NCBI GenBank assembly: GCA_964106915.2
Contig: OZ066915.1
Length of the DNA: 64,000 nt
Strand: one strand, 5' to 3'
DNA from: Podarcis gaigeae
Taxonomy: Eukaryota
Made by a program: the position numbers and the translations under genes. Under the pieces are notes generated by a model that worked only from the letters and a program-made list of their open reading frames with translations, was not told the DNA's origin and made no database searches. Below are positions 49,226 to 60,347 of the stretch, one piece after another (position 1 is the first letter of the stretch; each line of letters opens with the position of its first letter).

Positions 49226-50582
49226 ATGTTGAGCCAGGCCTTTGTTCCATCAAGCTCAGTATTGTCTACACAGGCTGGCAGTGAATTTCAGACAGAAGTC
49301 TTCCCTGCAGAGGCCATGGCTAGAACCTGGGATCTTATGTAGATGTCTGTCACTGGGTGGAGATTTAGGGGCTCACAGTGCAAATTCTGGTACTTATTTT
49401 CTAAATAAGCTCAGCATCAAACCTTTCTGTCAGTCACAATGTCTAATGTGAAAGCTTAATCCCACATACAAAGGTGCTGACTATGTTTACTTGGTGACGG
49501 AGACATACCTAGGATCCCTTGTGCCCTTGGCAAGGAGCCCCTCCCCAAAATCACTTTACCACATAGCCACATTAGAAATAACTAGGGACCCAAGTACTCA
49601 AAGTGCTGTCCAGAGTGAGGACGAGTCAAGGAGTAAGGACAAAAAAAAATGTGGTGCGAGAAAGACGACAAGCTTCTCCTGCATTCAATCTTGCTGTGCT
49701 GGTGACATCGCATTGCCACACACAAATGTGTCACACACTCCTCGGTTTGATATGTGACTTTTGCACCTTCTCCCTGGGCTTTCACCCTTGGCGGGGGCCA
49801 GTTTCACCAATCCCTAGGTATGCCTCTGCTTGGTGGTGCGGGAAAGCTGCTCTGCACATGGTCAGAAACACCTTCTTTGTATTACTTGCCATGTTCCAGG
49901 CAGCAGTGAGCCCTACACTGAATACAAGCTGAGAAGAGACTTCTGAAGAGTGCTGCATAACCCTCTGTACTTGGAATGAGTCTCACGGAGTTCATTGTTG
50001 CTTACTACTTTGTACGTGTGCAGAAATTTGATGCCCCGGAGTTCTCTGGAGTCTATTTCCAAACTTCGCACGTAGGAGGAAGTGCAATTATCCATATGCC
50101 TGCAACAGATAAATGCTAACACTGGGATCATCTGCACAAACTGCACACTCCTATTCAAAATATATTATATACAAATGCACATGTCTGGAAATGTTAATCT
50201 GTATCTGTTTTATTTACTTTTTCTATATCATATAGATAGAAGGAACATCATCAGCCCAAGCATCACCACTGCAAACATTTTGTCAAAGTGTTGCTTTGTG
50301 CATGAATCAGTCGTAGGAGATTCATTCTTAGGTTATTTTGGTTTCACATTTGTTCTGGGACAACTGATGGAAAGCATTATTAAAGATAAAATTAACATAT
50401 ATTCTATATTCAAATAATCTATATTAATATTGATGGTATATCAGAGAAAAACAAGTCTTCCTAAAGAGGAATCAGCATGGCTTCTCCAAAGGTAAGTCCT
50501 GCCTCCAACAGTCTTTCAGACTTCTTTGAGAGTGTTCAGAAGCATGCGGACAGAGGTGACACTGTACAGTTCCCAGCAATTA

Positions 50583-50808
50583 CAGTGGTACCTCAGGTTA
50601 AATACTTAATTCATCCTGGAGGTCCGTTCTTAACCTGAAACTGTTCTTAACCTGAAGCACCACTTTAGCTAATGGGGCCTCCTGCTGCTGCCGTGCCACT
50701 GCAGCACGATTTCTGTTCTCATCCTGAAGCGAAGTTCTTAACCGGAGGTAATATTTCTGGGTTAGCGGAGTCTGTAACCTGAAGCATATGTAACCCGAGG
50801 TACCACTG
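50583..50808. mobile_element. Tc1/mariner-type MITE, copy 5
   Basis: TA TSD, same TIRs and interior. Confidence 0.9.
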
Positions 50809-52779
50809 TATAACATGCTCATTGGGTAAGGAAGAAAGTAGACATGAAAACCTGCCTCTTTAGAAAGGTGAGAGGTGGTGGAAGGACTTGATTCTGTGAC
50901 ATCTGGTATTGTGAGCACTCAGAGGCAGTTGGGACTGGTCCCTATGGGGATTGGTGGGGTGGAAGGTAGGGAGACCAATAGGAGGTAGAGTCAGAGTCAG
51001 TGGCTGATGGAGCCACAGGCAATGACAGGCAGAGGCAACTAATTCTGGTTTGGTCCCCATCACAGCACGGGCTGAGGAGGAGGAGGAGGAGGATGACAAG
51101 TAGTGCTACCTTCTAGACTGGTTATGAGACAAGTAGGGGGCCAGCCAAGAGGAGGCTGTGCCCCATTCATACTAATGGATCAGCGTCCACTGATCAGAGG
51201 AGTGAATTCTCCTGCTCCTACCACAGCAGAGCCATGTTGGCTACCAGAGACAAGGCTCTATGCTGTTTCCTAGGATCAGAGGCAACATGTCACTGAAGAC
51301 TAATTGCTGGGAAGCAACAGCAGAGGAAGGCCATTGGGCTGATGTCATGCTCATCGGCTTCCCAAAGGCATGTGGTTGCCCACAGAAGGCTAGATTAGTT
51401 AGGCTTTTGGTCTGATTCATCAAAGGCTCTTCTTCCATTCTTTAGTTGAACACACCAGCAATAGGTGGGGATACAGACATTCTTAAATTGCCATTGCTAC
51501 TAATAAAAGTCCTCATTCATTTTACTAATTTATAAAATTGCATATATCTTTATATCTTATGGTCTCAGCCAGCAAGAAAATTCCAAGCTGCTATGACTTA
51601 ACCATGGCCCCATTCGGTGACCTTGGAGGCTATCACCTGAATAAATACAGAGGGAAAGCCATGTCTCCCAACTTTCACTTAGCAACAAAGACAGACTTCT
51701 TTTTTTTGGTTCAACACCTTCTAAATTCAGCCAGCAGGCTTGCTTTTCTTAGCACCTTTCAAGCTCCTTTGGAAAAGTCTATCCTTGCAAATTTATGGGG
51801 TAGAGAACTCTTCGGAGGGCTCTCTCTTCAGACACCTGCTTTCTGTCCAAATCCTTCTAAGGAGAGTTTCATGTGTCTTCTCAGTACAGCATTGGCCTGG
51901 GTCAATCAGGCATAGACATCATCTGATTTCTTTGCACTTAAGGACTGTACACATGGTGACTGGGAGCTGACTTTGTGCACTGCCTCCACTGTAAACATGG
52001 CATTTCAGTGTTATGCAGCGAATATCCAAATTCTTTCTGTGACACAGGATTGCACTGGCTCATTTGTACTTGCACATTACCGCTTGATCCTTGTGGAACA
52101 TACCAGCAGCATTAACTTACACAGAGTCTGCTTTTGTACAGTAATTATATTCCCATGTATGGAGTTCACCTGCAGATGACAGTTTCATACTTTAGCCTAC
52201 CTGATTCCTAGGAAAACCACAACACTGAATACCATCTGGATAGCTGTAGGAGGCTTAAAGCAAGGAACCAATGTGTCCATGCCATTTACCAGGCATAGCA
52301 GTCAACTCCTAGGGGCAGTGGGAACTTTGGCCCCACAAGTAAAATATTTTAGGGGTCAAGGCCCTCCCAAAGTTAATGGACATTGCCATTGGAATGGCGT
52401 GTGTGCACTGTGTCATGTGATCGCTTATGTGGGGGGGGGGGAGGTAAGCCTCGCCCCCATATTTTATTCAAGTTGGCACCCTTGATGGATATGGTAAAGA
52501 TTGCTCCCAGCAGTGAAGTGGGGTTTTTTATCGCTGATTAAGTTGCACGGTCGTACACCTAATAGAAGACTTCACTTTTGTTCAAGACCCTCAGGCGCAG
52601 ACACTAAAAACAATAAATATTTTTTTGCTCCAACACCCCGACCCATATCCCGTTTTTGCCTCTTCATTTCCCATTCATATTCAAAAGAGAGCCACACAAA
52701 GGAATGCAGAGCCAGGGGTGACCCTTAATCGGCTAAAGAGTTTGGTTGTGGGTGAAGCAAGACCCAGACCTAAATCTCA

Positions 52780-53530
52780 CGCCCAACACTCGAAGAGCCC
52801 CTGGGCAGATTGCGCAATCGACCACCCAAAGCTAGGAAAAAGCGCAGCAGCCCATAGACAATCCTCGCACCTTGTCGAGGTCGCTTTTGATTGGCCTTGG
52901 GGGAGAAACTCCATTCCTGCCTTGACCAATCGCCGGCTCTAGCGCCGAGACGAGGCTTTCCCCTCCCTTCTTCGCCTTCTCCTTTTCCTTCTCAGCAGCG
53001 CCTCTCGTGGCCGGTAACGGCGGGACACTGTTGGCTGCCTCTTCCAGAGAGCCGTAAGCGGAGTGTCCCGAAGGAAGGGCTGGTTGGTGCTTTTGCGCCG
53101 GAGGCGGCATTCTTGGGCGGCGTTTACGGCGCCTCCGTAACTGCTGCTGCTGTCCGGCGGAACGTCCGCCCTGGCACGCCCTGCGACCTTGACGCCACCG
53201 CCAATCCCTTCTCCGGACACCGTTATCTAAATAGGGCCGTAAATCAGGCACTTGTCTGATCGCGCGCCATTGCAGGGGCTCCGTAAAAAAAAAGCGGGCT
53301 CTGCGGCGGCGATGTTTACATTGCAGCTCCGTAAACTATTCCCCCTGTCTTTTGTATTAGCGTCTCACTGCAACATCCCGTAAATCAGGGGCCTTCAGCG
53401 TGAGGAATGGCTTAAAGGTCTTACATATTTTTGGAGGCATAAATAATGTCAAATTGGTTTCCATTATGCTGCGAGCTCGAGGATAAGAGGAGGAGGCCCT
53501 GACTTACGGGAAGATCGCACCTAGCGCCTC
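52780..53530. promoter_or_regulatory. Distal CpG island / candidate HAND1 enhancer with HOX/CDX-type motif cluster
   Basis: Isolated CpG-rich block; 8x CCGTAA, 2x TGATTTACGG, GGCGCC, GATA, FOX and two CCAAT motifs. Confidence 0.65.
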
Positions 53531-53547
53531 GCATGAAAAGACACGTG

Positions 53548-53685
53548 GTCATAGAACTGTAGAGTAAGAAGGGGACCATGAAGGGCATCCAGTCCAACCC
53601 CTTGCAATGCAAGGATCTTTTTGTCCAGTGTGGGATTCGAACCCTCAACCACGAGGTTAAGCGTCTCATGCTCTACCCTCTGAGT
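53548..53685 (-). mobile_element. tRNA-Lys-derived SINE with CR1-like tail
   Basis: Minus strand: GGTAGAGCATGAGACGCTTAACCTC..GGTTCGAATCCCAC (tRNA-Lys-like) joined to GGTTGGACTGGATG..TTCTATGA (CR1 3' end). Confidence 0.8.
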
Positions 53686-53870
53686 ACAATGCTAGCCATG
53701 GGTACCCTCAACCTATAGGTTTTCAGGCATGGTTGGTAGGATGCCAAGGCTCTTGGAAGTTTCAGCTTCTGAAGTTACTTATGGAGCTCAACCCTGCAAT
53801 CCCAATGAAATGCTTTTATAAAAGTCACTCAGGTGCTAGACTCTAGAACTGGTATAGGTGCCTTTTAGTA

Positions 53871-54102
53871 CAGTGGTACCTCAGGTTAAGTACTTACCGA
53901 TAATTCATTCTGGAGGTCCGTACTTAACCTGAAACTGTTCTTAACCTGAAGCACCACTTTAGCTAATGGGGCTTCCAGCTGCTGTTGCGCCGCCACCACA
54001 TGATTTCTGTTCTCATCCTGAAGCAAAGTTCTTAACCCAAGGTACTATTTCTGGGTTAGCGGAGTCTTTAACCTGAAGCGTATGTAACCTGAGGTACCAC
54101 TG
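53871..54102. mobile_element. Tc1/mariner-type MITE, copy 6
   Basis: TA TSD, same TIRs and interior. Confidence 0.9.
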
Positions 54103-56359
54103 TACTGTAATTTGCTGCCTGAAATGGGCTATGGAGAGTGTCTGCTCCCCACCACCCTAGATGGCCTCACTGGTTGAATGCCAAACTGGTATTTGTGCAA
54201 GAACATAAGAGCAACTTTGGTTAACTTAGAGGTAGGTGAATAAACCGCATCCTGTTCTGTTTTGACGGCTTTGAAAGAGACAAGGTGGGGCTGAGGATGT
54301 GTGGATTTTGTTACAGGATGATCAAGTGGGAAGATCCAGAGTTGGCTCTTCTGCTGCTGGATCTGTCTGGATCTTGGATTGGCATAAAAGGTTTCTGTTC
54401 AAAAGCCATTCCAGCTGAAGAACCCTGGTGTGTATGTTAGTTCAGGACTATGTGTGTGTTTGTGTAGAATACACTTGTGTATGTACACACAAATGCACAC
54501 AGAGATCTGAATCAGAGTGGACAGTCATATTTCAATAGTGGCATAATAGTAGGTGTACCTGTGTGGTTTCTTAAAAGCCTGATAAGTTCCTAGCTTGAAG
54601 AGTCTTCTGTAACACTACCTCTGGTCTGTCCGTCGTCCCCCCCACATTTGTTTTAAAGTGAAATTAAAAAGATATGCATCGAGAATGGCTGGTGGTCCGA
54701 AGGAGTTCATCCAGTCACTCAGAAATAAAGTTTGCCTTTGCCAGTTACCACTACAAATCCAGCATCTTGGACATTAGTCTGGAATGTGTCTCTGAAAAAC
54801 ATGATCTGAAACACATTACCGTCATGACAGTACAGTACAAATAGACATCACAATAAGGCAGCTAACACGACACTGTTATCTGTCACTCTCCCATGTTTCT
54901 TTTTGTCTGTCAAACTCTAGCAGCACAAGTGTCCCAAACCTAGTTGCTTTGGTAAAAGAAAAGCCAATAAGGTCATCTTGATTAAATATCAAAAGCCAGG
55001 GTGTTCCTTCCCCCTGCCCCCAAATATCTGAAAAGAAAATAGAATAAATGTTAGTGGGCGGACAGCTCAGAGTTTTAAACGGAAAAGGCAGACTCAGCTC
55101 CACTGTTGAGGGCCTTCAGGAGTTTTGATCTAGTAGGGCTCCGTAGCAGTCATGAGATGGAGGACAAAGATCTGGTTGATGAGAGGTGTGCAAACTAACC
55201 AAATGCACCAGAGCACCGAGTACCACCACAGGCACTCTCATATTTCACACAAGGCTTAGCAAAGTTGGGGACAAAACATCACCTCTCCATGGCTGGAACA
55301 AAGATCACAGCTCAGAGACCCCTTCACTTTTGCAAGAGACTTCTGGACCCTGTTCTCACCACTGGGAGTTTCCCTTGAGACGTACATAACAGCTCCAGAG
55401 AGGTTTTTTCCCCCTGGTGTGTGTGTGTGGATTGTGCCTGGGGGAGAAAGAATTGAATTCCACTGATTAGGGATGTCCAGATGCAATTTTACATACATAT
55501 GTATATATGTATGTAAATTGTTTTAATGCAATTAGCACCAGGTCTAGTTTGGCATTGGCCAGGTCAGAGATAATATGAGTGCATTCCAGTTTGGCTGGAT
55601 GCCATGAGGAGGGGCTACTTTCATGGTATTGACTCTTGGTGGCAAGGTCCCTTAACAGTTCAGGGTCCTGACCATAGCTTAGCCCTGCTGACCTCTGGCT
55701 GTGGCCGGAGGACTTCACACAACTGAAGGGAGGGTGGCAAATCTTTTCCCTATTTCCCATATGGACCTGCTTTCATTTCAGGATTATTTTTATTTTAACC
55801 AGATTTAATATACCACTTGATTGTAAATAGAATCTCTTGAGCAGTTTACAAAAAAAAAAATTAACTTTAAGACAGAGTTTAAAACATTTTTTTTAAAAAT
55901 GCAAAGAATGTATAAAAAGCTTTAAAAAGATTAAAACATATAGTGGTGTCTACATGTCTGAATAGACTTGTCTGAACAGAGTGTTCCTACCCACTGAGCG
56001 AGTGCTGAAGAGTGCAGTGCTTCTGAGTAGACCTGGTTAGGATTGCAGCTTATGTTTGGTGCATTAATTTTAATAGGTCTGCTCTGAGTAAAACTTAATT
56101 GACTAGCACCCATGGACTTTTAAAAGCATAAGAGGTGATAAAGGTCTTCATGAGGCATAAAAAATAACCCACTCCTATCATGGGCATTAAGTGAGCATCT
56201 TTAAGGAGAGCATTTCCGAGACACCACCACTGAGAAGGCTATGTATGTATGGGTTTTAGTACTTAAAGCCAATTCACATACAACCATTTTGTACTGTTTG
56301 TTGTTAGATGTTTGCATTTAACTGCCTGGATTACACTGAGCAGTAGCACATATCAAGTA

Positions 56360-56588
56360 CAGTGGTACCTTGGTTTGCAACCATAATCCGTTCCGGAGGT
56401 CTCTTTGTAAACCAAAACAGGTTGTAACCCAAGGCGTGCTTTTGCCAATGGGGCCTCCAAAAAAAATTTGTTTGTAATCCCCCCAAAATGGGTTGTAATC
56501 CCCAAAAAAAAAAGGTTGCAAACCGGGACACGCACTTCTGGGTTTGATGTGTTTTAATCCAAAACGTATGCAAACCAAGGCACCACTG
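56360..56588. mobile_element. Tc1/mariner-type MITE, related subfamily
   Basis: TA TSD; TIR CAGTGGTACCTTGGTTTGCA / TGCAAACCAAGGCACCACTG; interior shares ATCCGTTCCGGAGGT and AATGGGGCCTCC with the main family but otherwise differs. Confidence 0.85.
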
Positions 56589-57067
56589 TATATCATCTGA
56601 ATCATTCATCACAAACCTCTCCTCTTTTTTTGCACTTTGCTGCTGATTGCAAGAAAAAAGTAAATGTGGAAATAAGAAAAGAAAAGAAATCTATGCATAG
56701 TAAGTTTGAGGAAGTGGAAAGATGAAAATCTAAAATTGGTACCACTAGTTGTTTGCTCATGAAACCCTGACTGTTGTGAGGCAAGAAACAGAATTGTTTT
56801 TTTAAATTAAAATAAAAGTGGGTCCATTGTTAAGACTGGAGTTAAAGGTGGGTCCCAGATCCAGAAAGTTTAATGACCACTGATTCATATGAACTCTTCA
56901 TCAAATGCAAGATTCAATCCAGTTGTTGCAAGTGGAGAGGAACAGCCAGCCAGGAAATGTTTCCCCCAGGAAATGGGGAAGTATAATAATTTAGGGTGAC
57001 AGATCAACATTTTAAAATAACATGCTATGAAAGGATGGGTAGTGGTCTTTAATGGAACTACCTAAAC

Positions 57068-57202
57068 CATAGAAGCATAGAATTGTAGAGTTGGAAGGGG
57101 CCATGAGAGACATGTAGTCCCCCTACAATGCAGGAATCTTTTACCCAACTTGGGGCTCAAACCCACGTGAGATTAAGAGTCTCATGCTCTACCAGCTGAG
57201 CT
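57068..57202 (-). mobile_element. tRNA-Lys-derived SINE with CR1-like tail
   Basis: Minus strand GCTCAGCTGGTAGAGCATGAGACTCTTAATCTCA..GAGCCCCAAGTTGGG matches tRNA-Lys(CTT); CR1-type tail. Confidence 0.8.
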
Positions 57203-57732
57203 TGTAAATAAGCGTTTGCTCTGGAAAAAAGTACATTCCTGTGAAATAAGGATTGCTTAGAATGTGCACACTGATTCACTGTGAGCTTCCATGTGGCAAT
57301 CTTTTGCAGACTCTTTGCTCCCTTGGTGTGTTAAGTTTTTTTGCAGCATCCATGTGTTTTAATCAAAATGCCATCCATATCCCTACCACCACCATTTTAT
57401 TTGAATGTATAGTTTATGTTGCATTTTCTGCATAAACAGTAAATTTGGATTAAATAGGAAAATAACATGGGATGGTGTTTGGACGAACATGACATTATAT
57501 GGATACTATACAAATGATCAGCATAGTTCACAGTAAACTGCCATGTGGAACTACCCATTAATCCTGCATGGAAAATCCTGGCTGAAATATAAATTGCTAG
57601 GGATTGCTTCTCTCAATTCAGGATGGATCTGTTGCCCTTAGAACAATTCTGAAGAGAAGTAATTGGCAGAAGCCCATATTGTCTTCCACTGACTTCATGC
57701 ACAGTTGAGGAATGGTATTTGTACTGCAGTTC

Positions 57733-57784
<52 letters not shown>
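57733..57784. repeat. (TAT)n microsatellite
   Basis: About 17 perfect units. Confidence 0.97.
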
Positions 57785-58299
57785 TCCAGTGGTTAAAGTC
57801 ATGTAATGAAAATGGTAAAACCTGGCCTGTTCCTAATGGTTTGAGCCCAGTCACAGTGTCTCTCTTCTTATATTGAAAAGAGCTCAGAGGTGGGGAAGAA
57901 GTTTGGTTCCTGTGGAATCTCATGTTGGGAAGGTGATGGTGGTTGTTTTCTTAAGCCTACGCTGAAAGAAAAATCATTTGAAAAGATGACAGGCTTGATT
58001 TACAGTGTCATTAACCAGAACTGAAACCCTACACAGGCGGCGTCTCCTGTGTAAACCGCATTCCCCTCACGCTTTCCAGCTGACGTTTCTCTGATTATGG
58101 CAGATAAAGGCCACTGTGGATCTGTTTCTATATCACTAGACCTTCATTTTCTTCATGTGGATAGTACAATTATTGCCTTACATGTTCCCCAATCTCTAGA
58201 TAAAATGGGAGTTAATAATCTGCCCAAACTGCGAACATGTGGGAGATTTCTACATTACAGTAAAATGAATGTCAAGGCTTTGTTTTGTTTTTTTAAAGT

Positions 58300-60005
58300 C
58301 ACATTTAGAATTCCACCCCCCATCCTGTTTTAAGAAATTGATTTTTCTTGACTGGTCAAGCTTTGCAACATTTTAAAAAAGGACCAAAAACCCTAATTTA
58401 GCTAACTGGATCAATGATGCAATTACATATAAATAAATTGTAAATAATGGTCATTGCAGAAAAATGGTTGGGATAACAATAAGAATATAACCAAAAATAA
58501 TATGGTGAGAATACTGTCAAGTTGTGAGAAAATAATTTATAAGAAGGAAAATCTGAAGGGGGTTATTTCTAAAATATATGGTTTTTTTCCTGAATACTTT
58601 TAAAGCACATTTGGGTAGAAACCTTAAGGGAAAATGTGGGTTGACCAATTTTTGAACAAGAATTGGATTTTGTTTTGTTTTTACTCAGGAAACAGCACAC
58701 TCTCTTTCTGCTAACATGAGAGAAAATCATTACAAATTGCTATTTCAGTGGTATATGACCCCAGACAGAATTAGCAAAATTTATACTATCTGTGGTGGAA
58801 AGTGTTGGAGATGTGGACATCTGAGGGCAGATATGGAACATATTTGGTGGACTTGTCCAATAATTTAAAACTTTTGGGGGAATATAGTAAATATGATAAC
58901 ATTAACTACAACTTTCACTTTGCCACTGGGGTTAATATGGAATATAATTGTATTTTTTTTTTAAAAGAATTTTTATTAAAGTTTCAACAAATTTTATCAT
59001 AACAAAACAAAACAACACAATAACAGACAAAAAACAGTATAAAACATAAAAAACAAAAAGAAATATATAAATTCAAATCTTAATTTCTTGTAGCTTACTT
59101 TCCCGACTTCCTCACACCTCCCCTTTCTGTATTCCAATTTCTAATTTATTTTCAGCAAATCCTTCCTCTATTTTGACTAATTTTAATATTGCTTATTTTC
59201 TTTTAAATTAACCATTACCGCTACTAACCACTTATCTTCTAATCCCCCATCATTTTAACATTGATTAATTTTGCTATATTTCTTTACTTATTACTCATAA
59301 AACATCTTTGCATATTCCTTTCAACTATGTCACTAATGCCGCACTATCTTTATATCCTGCATCACATTTAACATTCAGATAGTTTGCAATGTTTTTGCAG
59401 ATAGTCTTTAAATTTCTTCCAATCCTCTTCCGTTTGTTCTTCTCCTGTGTCTCGGATTCTGCCAGTCATTTCTGCCAGTTCCATGTAGTCTATCAATTGC
59501 ATCTGCCATTCTTCCAAGGTGGGCAAATCTTGTGTCTTCCAGTACTTTGCGATGAGTATTCTTGCTGCTGTTGTTGCATACATAAAGAAAGTTCTATCCT
59601 TCTTTAACACCATCTGGCTGACAATGCCCAAGAGAAATAATATGGAATATAATTGTAGCTGCTTGCATGCTTGTTGCATTGCACCAAAAAGGGAAAACAG
59701 GTCACCACCAAAATTAAAGGAATAGTTAAAATAAAATTTGCATGGCAGCAATGGTGCATAAGCTTACTCAACTGATTACAGTGAGGGAAAGCAGACAAGA
59801 AAGAGAAAAATGTAAAAATAAATGGAAACTGTTTTCTAAATTTATGAAGAATAAATATAACATAAATATGGATGAATATGATAGTTTTTCTATGTAGTAA
59901 TATGTTAATTATAATTATAATGCATTTATTGCATGCCTCTATTTTGCTATGTTATGTATAGGTGTGTGTATGATTTAATGAAGTCAAATTTTTTAAAATA
60001 AAAAA
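58300..60005 (+). mobile_element. Old degraded L1 3' portion, interrupted by a younger L1
   Basis: 58719-58859 translates RENHYKLLFQWYMTPDRISKIYTICGGKCWRCGHLRADMEHIWWTCP (CCHC knuckle); similarity resumes after 59657; A-rich end near 60005. Left boundary approximate. Confidence 0.75.
58953..59637 (-). mobile_element. Young 5'-truncated L1-clade LINE, sister copy of 48320-49225
   Basis: Near-identical to the first copy; 20-bp TSD TAATATGGAATATAATTGTA (58933-58952 / 59638-59657). Confidence 0.92.
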
Positions 60006-60312
60006 GTACCAGAACCCCTTAAAAAGTACCAAAAACCCCCTTCTCTAGGACTATCCACTTTAGTACAGCCCAGGTTTTATTGCTCTTCTATATGAAGTCA
60101 GAAATGGAACTAAAACAGTGATTCCACAGGATACTTCAACCCCTATGAAAATCCTACAGTGTCTGTCCCCATTGGCAATATCCTAAGCATGTTTATACAA
60201 AAGGGGGCTGCAGACCAAACCCCATTTATGCTGGGTAGGGAGAGGGGGAATGGATTAGGCAGAGATGTCCCTCCACCCAGCCCTGGCAGCCTCCAGCCAT
60301 TGAATCCCCACC

Positions 60313-60347
<35 letters not shown>

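Noticed and set aside
52832-53259. ORFs of 93-139 aa across the distal CpG island
   Set aside because: Low-complexity, GC-driven, without splice or domain support; the motif clustering points to a regulatory role instead.
678-54102. Recurring TAACCTGAAG repeats as a CRISPR-like array
   Set aside because: Internal motifs of dispersed TA-flanked MITEs in a eukaryotic genome; no repeat-spacer architecture.
57068-57202. tRNA-Lys gene (also 53548-53685)
   Set aside because: Degenerate or deleted arms and fusion to a CR1 tail identify these as SINE heads, not functional tRNAs.
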